Source of the DNA: a bacterium | Lineage (GTDB): Bacteria; Hydrothermota; DG-26; JAUXAN01 | Assembly (NCBI GenBank): GCA_030619885.1 | Contig: JAUXAN010000002.1 | Location: 30,934 to 94,933 of the forward strand | Direction: 5' to 3' | DNA: 64,000 bases | Position numbers and translations under genes: made by a program | In this document: positions 1 through 8,356 of the stretch, in pieces | Layout: each line of letters opens with the position of its first letter | Numbering within the stretch: the first letter of the stretch is position 1 | Notes under the pieces: generated by a model | Seen by the model: the letters and a program-made list of their open reading frames with translations, nothing else | Database searches by the model: none | What the model was told of the DNA's origin: nothing

Positions 1-676
1 AGTAAATCTTTGGTATCACAACAGTATTATCATCCTTGAAATTTTTTCTGGATCTTTCAATATTCTTTCCCTCATTTATAAAATTGAGTTCAGCGGTCAA
101 TATCTTCCTTATCTCATCAGCCTTTCCTGTGAGATCGTAGTCTTTAAGTTCGGGTATTCTTGTTTCTGCTATCTTTGCCAAATCTGATAATATTTCAAGG
201 TCTGTTCTTATTACCTTTCTAATTTTCGGACGCTGAACCTTCACTGCAACTTTATGACCATCTATGGTTGCACGATGGACCTGTGCCAGAGAGGCAGAAG
301 CGATTGGTCTTTCTTGGAAAGAAGAGAAATGTTTTGATATTGGTTCTTTCAACTCATCCTCTATGGTCTGTTTTATTATGGAAAAGGGGAGAGGAGAGAC
401 CTCATCTTGAAGTTTACTCAATTCAACGATATAACTTTGTGGGAGAAGGTCCGGTCTCACACTCAAGAACTGGCCGAGTTTCACGAATGTTGGTCCGAGT
501 CCTTCGAGTGCCAATCTCAGTCGGTGTTCAATACCACTTTTTTGCAGTCTCTTTTTTTTAAAGGAAAATTTGAAAGCGAGCCTATCTACTATCCATCCAA
601 AACCATATTTTGCAAAGACAGTAAATATCTGGTGGGTTCTCTTAATATTTCTATACCGCCCGTAGAGATTCAACAT
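1..676 (-). CDS. UbiB/ABC1 atypical kinase family protein, N-terminal part; gene runs off the window start (partial)
   Basis: Own minus-strand translation from ATG at 674-676: MLNLYGRYRNIKRTHQIFTVFAKYGFGW...FSSFQERPIASASLAQVHRATIDGHKVAVKVQRP, hallmark ABC1/UbiB motifs; no stop before position 1, so absent from the ORF track. Confidence 0.7.
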   Translation of the reverse strand, partial: MLNLYGRYRNIKRTHQIFTVFAKYGFGWIVDRLAFKFSFKKKRLQKSGIEHRLRLALEGLGPTFVKLGQFLSVRPDLLPQSYIVELSKLQDEVSPLPFSIIKQTIEDELKEPISKHFSSFQERPIASASLAQVHRATIDGHKVAVKVQRPKIRKVIRTDLEILSDLAKIAETRIPELKDYDLTGKADEIRKILTAELNFINEGKNIERSRKNFKDDNTVVIPKIY

Positions 677-710
677 TGGTTAAGAGAAACGGTTGCAAGC
701 GAGGGAGAGA

Positions 711-736
711 GATAGGGGAACAGCCTTAAGGCTGTT
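711..736 (-). terminator. Perfect 11-bp-stem hairpin GGGGAACAGCC-TTAA-GGCTGTTCCCC downstream of the phasin-like/rSAM operon
   Basis: Seen in sequence, 11 nt after the stop of the 747..1019 gene; the 3' flank on the minus strand is U/C-rich rather than a clean U-run. Confidence 0.45.
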
Positions 737-746
737 CCCCTACCAC

Positions 747-1019
747 TTATTTGAGTTTCTTTGCTATCTGATCAAGTTTCTTTTTGATCTCTTCTATATC
801 AGAGCGGGTTGGTAGATTCACTCTGTTGATAGCGCGTTCGATCGCATCGATTATTCTACGATCCACTTCCTCACCTCGCTCGATCAACTCCTTTACAAAA
901 CCGGGCGCTTCTTCCCTTGATATCTCTCCCTTCTTTACCAGATCGTCGACGAACTTTTTGGTCTTCTCTTTTGTCAGCGCTATTGCCCCGATGCTTGCTA
1001 AAATAGCCTTCTTAATCAT
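747..1019 (-). CDS. Phasin-like (PHA-granule-associated protein family), charged coiled-coil protein, 90 aa
   Basis: MIKKAILASIGAIALTKEKTKKFVDDLVKKGEISREEA... resembles the widespread small phasin/TIGR01837-like proteins of anaerobes; its start overlaps the stop of the upstream rSAM gene by 8 nt. Confidence 0.5.
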   Translation of the reverse strand: MIKKAILASIGAIALTKEKTKKFVDDLVKKGEISREEAPGFVKELIERGEEVDRRIIDAIERAINRVNLPTRSDIEEIKKKLDQIAKKLK

Positions 1020-2415
1020 ACTTTCCCTCCTTGAACTGGAGAGTCCATCTTTTCAGCCTATTCTTCCAGACAGGATCGCTCAAATACTCCTCTTTCCAAA
1101 CTCTATCGGCTATCTTACCATAACTTTCAGTATATCTGTCCACCTTGGAAGCAAGGGTGGTTATCAATTTCTCCGCACCTTCATGTGTAGGATGGGCGCC
1201 GGTCTCTGCAACAATATCTCTTAAGAGTTGTGGATTATCCACTAATATGCACGGTCTGAGATGGTTCTCATTGAATGGCTGTTTTTTCTGGATAAATTTA
1301 AAGAAGGAAGAGGCGAGTATTTCGCACAGAGATTTCTCTTTTATATTATCTACGGCGAAATGGCAGAATACACAGGGTTCAACATCTCCATTGGGAATGA
1401 TGTGAAGGTATTCTCTCCCAGCTGAGATGCATCCTCCAACCCAAGGGCCATCGTTCCAGAAATCTCCGATAAAGATGGGCTTATTATTACGCGCATACTC
1501 GACCCATTTTCTCAATCCATCCCTCTGTTCTGGTGTCATCATCGCTTCCACACTCGGTTTCTTGCCAACAGGAACATACATAAAATACCACCCGAATGAA
1601 GCGCCTTTTTCTATCATCTTGTTGATAAAGTCTTCACTGGTTAAGTCATCAACATTATACTTCCCGACCGTTGCAGAGAAACCGAAAATCACACCCTTTT
1701 TATTCAGATTGTCCATTGCGTTCATAATCTTTTGATATACACCCTTACCTCTTCTTCTATCCGTATCCTCTTCTGCACCCTCTATACTTATTGCAGGGAC
1801 TGCGTTGCCCACTTCGGCTAATTTATTCGCAACCCTCGCATCTATGAATGTCCCGTTAGTATATATCTGGAAAGCCATATCGAGATGGTTATTCAAGATG
1901 TCAAACAGGTGGGGCCAGAGAAATGGCTCCCCGCCGGAAATCGTTATAAAATGAATGCCTAACTCTTTTGCTTCGGTGATGATGCGGTTCATCAAATCGA
2001 AGCTCATGCCATCTTTTTTTGAATAATCTCCGGCATAGCAACCCTTACATCTCAAATTACATCTCATACTTGGAGATATGACCAGCAAGAAGGGGATATG
2101 GAACCCATTATTCTGGTTATGCAATCTTCCCCTCACCTCTGAACATTTCATCCCACCTATGAAGAAGTTGACGAGAAATCTATCTCTGCAGTTTGGATTT
2201 ACACCTTTTGAGAGTCTTTTGATGAGTTCAAGTTGAGGATGACCGGTTTGGACTTTCTGTCGAAGGTCTTTCATCATCTCCCGTTGTCGACCAGAAAGGG
2301 CCACCTTACTTGCGATCGAGAAACTCCTTTTTAAACCTTTCATAGAACCATTAGCGAAGTCTGACACCGCCTTCTGCAGTAGCCTCTTTACCAAGAACCC
2401 CTTAATTGGATTCAT
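1012..2415 (-). CDS. Radical SAM protein with C-terminal SPASM-like Cys-rich domain
   Basis: CNLRCKGCY = CX3CX2C radical-SAM motif; C-terminal GGCISAGREYLHIIPNGDVEPCVFCH auxiliary-cluster motif; ~110-aa N-terminal extension. Confidence 0.75.
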   Translation of the reverse strand: MNPIKGFLVKRLLQKAVSDFANGSMKGLKRSFSIASKVALSGRQREMMKDLRQKVQTGHPQLELIKRLSKGVNPNCRDRFLVNFFIGGMKCSEVRGRLHNQNNGFHIPFLLVISPSMRCNLRCKGCYAGDYSKKDGMSFDLMNRIITEAKELGIHFITISGGEPFLWPHLFDILNNHLDMAFQIYTNGTFIDARVANKLAEVGNAVPAISIEGAEEDTDRRRGKGVYQKIMNAMDNLNKKGVIFGFSATVGKYNVDDLTSEDFINKMIEKGASFGWYFMYVPVGKKPSVEAMMTPEQRDGLRKWVEYARNNKPIFIGDFWNDGPWVGGCISAGREYLHIIPNGDVEPCVFCHFAVDNIKEKSLCEILASSFFKFIQKKQPFNENHLRPCILVDNPQLLRDIVAETGAHPTHEGAEKLITTLASKVDRYTESYGKIADRVWKEEYLSDPVWKNRLKRWTLQFKEGKYD

Positions 2416-2461
2416 CTTTTAACACCTCCTTTCTTTAGATTTTTTAAAAAAACAACATATT

Positions 2462-2496
2462 TTAATTTATATTATAAAAGAGACAAAAGATGTCAA
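2462..2496 (-). promoter_or_regulatory. Sigma70-like promoter (TTGACA -35 on minus strand at 2491-2496) for the rSAM/phasin operon
   Basis: Plus strand reads tgtcaagtaaaaaa; reverse complement gives T-rich UP element plus TTGACA, with an AT-rich -10 about 17 nt downstream. Confidence 0.4.
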
Positions 2497-2777
2497 GTAA
2501 AAAACAAAACCAAAAGGATAATGAACCAGATTCAGCATTTCCTACATTATCCTTAAGTAGACACTGATTTACGCAGAAGAACTACATTAGTGAGAATAAA
2601 AGCACCAATGACCAACCACCAATGACTTGCAATGTATATCTGTCCATTCCATACGGTCACAGACCCGTATGGGATGCTGCGCAACGGATCCTGAGATGGT
2701 AATCAGTGTCTGAATTACAATTTATTTTTTTATGAGAACTTTTTTATATTGTTCGTGTGATTCGTGGGTTCTTTTTT

Positions 2778-2806
2778 CTTGACTTTTGCACATTTTCTTT
2801 TAAAAT
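2778..2806 (+). promoter_or_regulatory. Sigma70-like promoter TTGACT-N17-TAAAAT immediately upstream of the rmlD-like ATG (near-leaderless)
   Basis: ttttttcTTGACTtttgcacattttctttTAAAATcgctttaATG; the -10 ends 7 nt before the ATG at 2814. Confidence 0.45.
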
Positions 2807-2813
2807 CGCTTTA

Positions 2814-3680
2814 ATGAAAATTGCCGTAGTTGGCGCAGATGGGCAACTTGGAAGTGATATTGTCAGAACACTGAAAGATGAGGAGATTGTTCCTTTGGCT
2901 ATTCAGGATATGGATATAACAGATTTTGAATCCGTCAACCGAACTCTTGGAAAAATTTCCCCTGCACTGATTATCAATACAGCTGCTTTTACTAATGTAA
3001 AAGAATGCGAGAAAAATGACAGAGAGGCTTATGAGGTGAATGGTATAGGTGCTAAAAATTTAGCTATCGTATGTAAGAGACTGCATAATACCCTTTTCCA
3101 TATAAGCACAGACTATGTCTTCGATGGTGAAAAGGGGAGTCCATATATAGAAACGGACATACCTCGCCCATTGAATGTATATGGGCTGTCCAAATTGGCA
3201 GGAGAGTATTATATCAGATACATTCTTGAAAATTATTTTATAGTCAGAACATCGGGATTGTATGGTATCCATACCTGTATTGGTAAGGGAGGTAATTTCA
3301 TTGACACAATGGTGCGTTTTTCAAAGGAGAAGGACGAAATAAAGGTGGTGGACGATGAAGTTCTTACCCCTACATATACATTAGACTTATCGCAACAGAT
3401 TAAAGCACTGATAAAGACGAACTTTTATGGAATATACCATATAACGAATGAGGGTGAATGTTCGTGGTATGAATTTGCGAAAGCGATTTTCACATTTTTG
3501 GACTTTAATGTAAATTTGAAAAGGGTTAACTCGAAAGAATTCCCATCTTCGGTGAGAAGGCCGAGATACTCTGTATTGGAGAACAGGGCGTTAAAAAAAT
3601 TAAAGTTGAACAGAATGCGACCGTGGCAGGGAGCACTCAAAGATTATATAGAGGAACGTAAAGAAAAGGGAATGGTATGA
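2814..3680 (+). CDS. rmlD: dTDP-4-dehydrorhamnose reductase-like NAD(P)-dependent sugar reductase
   Basis: MKIAVVGADGQLGSDIV Rossmann N-terminus, STDYVFDG and YGLSKLAGE motifs typical of RmlD/RfbD; start set at the internal ATG 2814 rather than the ORF-track start 2757, which overlaps the promoter. Confidence 0.7.
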   Translation: MKIAVVGADGQLGSDIVRTLKDEEIVPLAIQDMDITDFESVNRTLGKISPALIINTAAFTNVKECEKNDREAYEVNGIGAKNLAIVCKRLHNTLFHISTDYVFDGEKGSPYIETDIPRPLNVYGLSKLAGEYYIRYILENYFIVRTSGLYGIHTCIGKGGNFIDTMVRFSKEKDEIKVVDDEVLTPTYTLDLSQQIKALIKTNFYGIYHITNEGECSWYEFAKAIFTFLDFNVNLKRVNSKEFPSSVRRPRYSVLENRALKKLKLNRMRPWQGALKDYIEERKEKGMV

Positions 3681-4150
3681 GAAATAAGATTAAAAAGATT
3701 ATGCAAGAGACAAAGGAGGTAAGGCTGACATACCTTTTTGGCTCCCGAGTGGGTGGTAAAACCGGACCTTTGAGTGATTATGACATCGGGGTAGTGGTAG
3801 ATAGGAAAGTGCTATACGATTTCAAATACAGACTTGCCAGCGAATTACGCCAAGCATTGAACACTGAAAGGGTTGATGTTGTGATTTTAAATTTTGCCCC
3901 CATTGAACTGGTGTATAATGTCATAGCGGCGGGAAAATTAGTTTATGAGAAAAGTGTTTATGAGAGAGTTGAATTTGAGGCAATTACTTTAAGCAAATAT
4001 TTTGACTACCTTCCTGTCTTGAGAAAACAGAGGAAAGAAATATTGGAGGAAACAAATTATGAAAGAGGAATTCAGCGGCATAGAGAGGCATTTAGAAAAA
4101 CTGAAGGAATGCTTGCTGAACTTAGAGCCGCTCAAAAGAAAAAGGTTTGA
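3677..4150 (+). CDS. Minimal nucleotidyltransferase (MntA-like antitoxin/AMPylase) of a HEPN-MNT pair
   Basis: LFGSRVGGKTGPLSDYDIGVVV = GS-X9-DxD pol-beta nucleotidyltransferase motif. Confidence 0.65.
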   Translation: MRNKIKKIMQETKEVRLTYLFGSRVGGKTGPLSDYDIGVVVDRKVLYDFKYRLASELRQALNTERVDVVILNFAPIELVYNVIAAGKLVYEKSVYERVEFEAITLSKYFDYLPVLRKQRKEILEETNYERGIQRHREAFRKTEGMLAELRAAQKKKV

Positions 4151-4397
4151 TGATTTTGTTGATGATGCAAATTTACGAGCCATGACCGAGAGGTGGCTCG
4201 AAATTGCAGCTCAGTGTTGTATTGACATAGCCGGAAGAATAATCTCGTTAGAACAAGCTGAAAAGCCTAAGGATTATAAAGAGGCTATAATGCGATTAGG
4301 AGAGTTGAGAGTAATTCCTATGAGATTTGCCCAAAAATTTGCTCCCATTGCTGGTTTTAGAAATATTCTTGTTTATAATTATCTGGAGATAGGGTAG
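4059..4397 (+). CDS. HEPN/DUF86 (HepT-like) toxin partner of the MNT protein
   Basis: C-terminal RNILVYNY matches the HepT Rx4HxY motif with Y in place of H; overlaps the MNT ORF 3' end in another frame, so one of the two ends is mis-called or the overlap is unusually long. Confidence 0.5.
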   Translation: MKEEFSGIERHLEKLKECLLNLEPLKRKRFDDFVDDANLRAMTERWLEIAAQCCIDIAGRIISLEQAEKPKDYKEAIMRLGELRVIPMRFAQKFAPIAGFRNILVYNYLEIG

Positions 4398-4486
4398 GAA
4401 GAAGTCTACGAAAATCTTCAGAAGATTTCGGATATTTACGAGTTTATGGGGTATGTAAAAGACTGGCTGAAAGAAAGGATTAAAGA

Positions 4487-5692
4487 ATGAAGGTTTTATA
4501 TATAGTAACTGCTTTTGCGAGGTATGAAGGTGATGTAATTACCCCCTGGCTTACTGAAACCATAAAACGACTCAAAAACAACGGAGTAGACATTAGTGTA
4601 TTTGTATCCTCATATAAGGGACTTGGAAATCAAAAAATATCAGGCATAGATGTTAAAAGATTCAGATATTTTTTCAAAAAATGGGAAAATCTGACACATG
4701 AAGAGATGACCGTTGAAAGAATCGAAAGGGAACCGAAATTTCTTATGCTTGTTCCATTTTATATAGTGGGAGGTATGATAAAAATATACCAAATTTGTAA
4801 GAGAGAAAAATTCGAGATAATTCATGTTCATTGGCCATTTCCACATGCCATTTTTGGATGGCTTGGCAAAAAGGTTGGTGGGGTAAAACTTGTATATACC
4901 TTCTATGGAGCAGAGGCGTTGTTGATTACAAAAAAATTAAATTTCTTGCTGAAACCAATGAAATGGGCGTTGCAAAAGGCTGATGATATTATTGCGATCT
5001 CTTCATTCACTGGCAGAGAGATAGAGCAGATTTGCAGTAAGAAAATAAAGGTAATTCCTTGTGGTTCTGGATTTGAGAATATACAACCGAAAAAGAACAC
5101 TAGCGAATCTAACCAAAGAGCAAGGATTCCTAATATCTTGTTTGTAGGCAGACTCGTGGAACGGAAGGGAATAGATTACTTGATAAAAGCTATCTCTATG
5201 GTTCGTAAAGAGAGGGAAATTACACTGACGATTGTAGGGGAAGGTGATGAAAGGACTAAACTGGACAAATTGGTTCGTGATCTAAATCTTAAAAATTGCG
5301 TGGAATTTACAGGATTTGTCTCACATGAGGAACTGGACCCATATTTTCGACGATGTGCACTCTTTGTACTGCCTGCTATTGTTGATTCAAGAGGAGATAC
5401 TGAAGGTCTTGGGATAGTACTTCTGGAAGCAATGAGTTACCAACGACCCGTTATCGCCTCAAATGTTGGGGGCATTGTCGATATTGTAAAAGGCGAAAAA
5501 ACAGGGATGTTGGTGCAAGAGAAAAACCCAAAGGAGTTGGCAGATGCCATAGTGAAGATTCTTTCTGATAGATCTCTTGCGAACAGACTTGCAAAAGCTG
5601 GGAATGAGTTCGTCAAAAATAGATTTAACTGGAATGCTACAATTGATGAATTGGTTAAAGTATACAAAAACCTGGTGAAGGAGTTAAGATGA
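4487..5692 (+). CDS. Glycosyltransferase family 4 (GT-B, retaining)
   Basis: EGLGIVLLEAMSYQRPVIASNVGGIVDIVKGEKTGMLV = GT4 E-X7-E region. Confidence 0.75.
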   Translation: MKVLYIVTAFARYEGDVITPWLTETIKRLKNNGVDISVFVSSYKGLGNQKISGIDVKRFRYFFKKWENLTHEEMTVERIEREPKFLMLVPFYIVGGMIKIYQICKREKFEIIHVHWPFPHAIFGWLGKKVGGVKLVYTFYGAEALLITKKLNFLLKPMKWALQKADDIIAISSFTGREIEQICSKKIKVIPCGSGFENIQPKKNTSESNQRARIPNILFVGRLVERKGIDYLIKAISMVRKEREITLTIVGEGDERTKLDKLVRDLNLKNCVEFTGFVSHEELDPYFRRCALFVLPAIVDSRGDTEGLGIVLLEAMSYQRPVIASNVGGIVDIVKGEKTGMLVQEKNPKELADAIVKILSDRSLANRLAKAGNEFVKNRFNWNATIDELVKVYKNLVKELR

Positions 5693-6729
5693 AGATATTA
5701 GTTACTGGAGGAGCTGGTTTTATTGGCTCACACATAGCGGAGTACTATTCAAAGAGAGGGGAGGAGGTAATAGTTTACGACAATCTATCACGTGCTGAAA
5801 TATTAGGAAAAGAGATGAAGAACATTACCTACATTTGGGATTATCTTCGAGAAAAACATCCTGGTATTACACTCCTAAAATACGATATAAGAGATCTTGA
5901 GAGATTGAGAGAAACGGTTGAAGGTGTGGATGTAATATTCCATACAGCTGCTCAAACAGCTGTTACCACATCAGTAATTGACCCACAAATCGATTTCTCG
6001 GTCAATGTTGAGGGAACTTTCAATGTTTTGCAAGTAGCAAGAGAGTCTAAAAAGAAACCCGCGATTATTTTCTGCTCTACCAATAAGGTTTACGGCGATA
6101 ATGTCAACTCAATCAGAGTTATTGAAGAAGAAAAACATTATAGGTTTGAAGATAAGTATGATAAAGGCGTTCCAGAAAATTTTCCTATAGATTTATGTGA
6201 GCATACACCTTATGGGTGTTCTAAATTGACAGGCGACATCTACACGCAAGATTACGGTCATCTATATGGATTAAAGATTGGGGTTTTCAGGATGAGTTGT
6301 ATTTATGGGGAGAAACAGTTTGGAGTGGAAGACCAGGGATGGGTTGCACATTTTGTTATCTCTACCTTATTAGGCAGACCGATAACCATTTACGGTGATG
6401 GAAAGCAGGTTCGTGATGTCTTATATGTTACTGACTTGATAGAGGCTTATGACAGGTTCTTGACGAGTGACTTGAAACTGGGTGTTTTCAATATTGGAGG
6501 TGGCCATAAGAACAAAATTTCTCTTCTTGAACTTTTGGATATCATAGCAGAGAGCACTGGTAAAAGAAGCGAGATCAGATTTGCTGACTGGCGTCCATCA
6601 GACCAGAAAGTTTATATTTCAAACCTGAGCAGGATTAAGCAACTATTAGGATGGGAACCGAAAACAGATATTAAACTTGGAATCAAAAATCTTATCGATT
6701 GGGTTGTAAAAAATAAGGAAATATTTTAA
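5689..6729 (+). CDS. NAD-dependent sugar epimerase/dehydratase (CDP-paratose-2-epimerase-like SDR)
   Basis: MKILVTGGAGFIGSHI glycine-rich motif, YGCSKLTGD catalytic YxxxK; 4-nt overlap with the upstream GT4. Confidence 0.7.
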   Translation: MKILVTGGAGFIGSHIAEYYSKRGEEVIVYDNLSRAEILGKEMKNITYIWDYLREKHPGITLLKYDIRDLERLRETVEGVDVIFHTAAQTAVTTSVIDPQIDFSVNVEGTFNVLQVARESKKKPAIIFCSTNKVYGDNVNSIRVIEEEKHYRFEDKYDKGVPENFPIDLCEHTPYGCSKLTGDIYTQDYGHLYGLKIGVFRMSCIYGEKQFGVEDQGWVAHFVISTLLGRPITIYGDGKQVRDVLYVTDLIEAYDRFLTSDLKLGVFNIGGGHKNKISLLELLDIIAESTGKRSEIRFADWRPSDQKVYISNLSRIKQLLGWEPKTDIKLGIKNLIDWVVKNKEIF

Positions 6730-6733
6730 AGAT

Positions 6734-7468
6734 GTGAAGCGGTCTGATTTCAAAATGAATAGTACCAAAAGCAGAGATTATTATAATCGACTCTATCATT
6801 TTAAACAAGATGCGAGGTTGCTTGATTTTAAGCGTATGAAGAACTTTCTTTCTGGGCTCAAGATAAAACCAGGTAGCAGGTATCTTGATATAGGATGCGG
6901 TGTGGGAGGTGCCCTTGCAGTGGCTAAAGCCAAAGGGGCAGAGTGTTATGGAATGGATATATCTCTTACTGCGCTGTCAACGGCGAAAGGATTGGTGTCA
7001 AAAGAAATTGACTTGGTGTTAGGTGAGGGAGAATATCTTCCATTTAAGGACGAGGTGTTTGATTATGTTTCTGTCATCGGGTCTCTCGAACATTTCAGAG
7101 ATCCAAAAGCAGGTCTTGAAGAAATAAAAAGAGTCTGCCTCCCGAGTGCGCGTGTGTGTCTTGCGGTTCCCAATTCTTATGGGATACTTAACAAACTAGG
7201 AATTTATCGAGGAACTAACCAACCTCAAGAGATACTGGCTACTCTGAGTGAATGGGTTCGCTATACTAAAGAGAGTGGATATAAAACAATTTCTATAGGG
7301 AGCGATAGAGGTCCTCAGATTCTTAAGAATAAGAAACCTCACAAGATAGTAGAACGTCTCCTGTTGAGATTTACCAAATGTCTCCCTCTTTCTTTTGCTT
7401 ATGTATTTATTTTTATCTGTGAGAAAAAATCGATTTTGCTTAGGAACCACCTTTTAAGAACAAGATGA
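6734..7468 (+). CDS. Class I SAM-dependent methyltransferase (1 of 3 in the glycan locus)
   Basis: LDIGCGVGG motif I. Confidence 0.65.
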   Translation: MKRSDFKMNSTKSRDYYNRLYHFKQDARLLDFKRMKNFLSGLKIKPGSRYLDIGCGVGGALAVAKAKGAECYGMDISLTALSTAKGLVSKEIDLVLGEGEYLPFKDEVFDYVSVIGSLEHFRDPKAGLEEIKRVCLPSARVCLAVPNSYGILNKLGIYRGTNQPQEILATLSEWVRYTKESGYKTISIGSDRGPQILKNKKPHKIVERLLLRFTKCLPLSFAYVFIFICEKKSILLRNHLLRTR

Positions 7469-8295
7469 ACATCGAAATTCAAGTGACTAAAGAAAGAGTG
7501 GGTAAGAAATGGTTGCCCTTTCTTAAGGTCACTGACGGCAAATATGAAATCCTGGGCTTTCCTGCCGATAGAATGCCTCTGATCATGGAACATGTTGCCT
7601 CTTACAAGTTTTTCTTAGAGTATTTAAAAAATAAAACTGTTTTGGACATAGGATGTGGATATGGATACGGTACTTTCCTCCTGTCACTAGTATCTAAAAC
7701 TGTGGTAGGGATAGACCTCTCTTCCGAACGCATAAGAAAAGCCAGAGAAACATATAGAGCTGACAATATCGATTTTCAGGTGATGGATGCCATGTTAATA
7801 GAGAAACATTTTGAACCAAACAATTTTGAGGTGGTAACAGCGATGCAATTTATTGAACATATACCAGAGCCTCAGAACTTTCTTGATAGTGTAAAGACCG
7901 TTCTAACTGAAAGGGGTAGGTTTATTCTGGCTACCCCCAACCGGTTATTTCGTTTAGGCAATAGCAACATTCCATGGAACCCGGAGCATTTTCAGGAATA
8001 TGATGCTAAATCACTTGATCAACTCTTGAGCACTTGCTTTAGGAACATAAATATATATGGAATTTATGGGATTCCAGAAGCTTATGAATGGGAGAGAAGG
8101 AGAATGGGGGGAAACATCTCTCCCAGAATGAAGTCGATTTGGAGATATACACCAGAATGGTTGAAGAAATCACTTCGCAGAGTGGTCAATTTGAACCTGA
8201 AGGAGATAGATGTGACCGTAGATGACTATGTGGTGAAAGATAGTGTAGATTCAAGTAGTTTCTTCTTGCTCGCGAGCTGTACCAAAAGGAGTTAA
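7465..8295 (+). CDS. Class I SAM-dependent methyltransferase (2 of 3)
   Basis: VLDIGCGYGYGT motif I; overlaps the upstream gene by 4 nt. Confidence 0.65.
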   Translation: MNIEIQVTKERVGKKWLPFLKVTDGKYEILGFPADRMPLIMEHVASYKFFLEYLKNKTVLDIGCGYGYGTFLLSLVSKTVVGIDLSSERIRKARETYRADNIDFQVMDAMLIEKHFEPNNFEVVTAMQFIEHIPEPQNFLDSVKTVLTERGRFILATPNRLFRLGNSNIPWNPEHFQEYDAKSLDQLLSTCFRNINIYGIYGIPEAYEWERRRMGGNISPRMKSIWRYTPEWLKKSLRRVVNLNLKEIDVTVDDYVVKDSVDSSSFFLLASCTKRS

Positions 8296-8356
8296 GATTG
8301 TCTATGAAGAGATGAAGACAGCAGTATTTAGGTAGGAAATAAAAGTTGTTATACTT

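Noticed and set aside
268-715. Plus-strand ORFs 268..561 and 407..715
   Set aside because: They lie antisense within the minus-strand UbiB/ABC1 kinase gene (1..676), whose translation shows clear family motifs. The plus-strand products are low-complexity with no recognisable features.
784-1735. Plus-strand ORFs 784..1224, 1145..1405 and 1427..1735
   Set aside because: These are antisense shadows of the phasin-like and radical SAM genes. The proteins are Ser/Leu/Phe-rich, as expected from reverse-complement reading of K/E-rich coding sequence.
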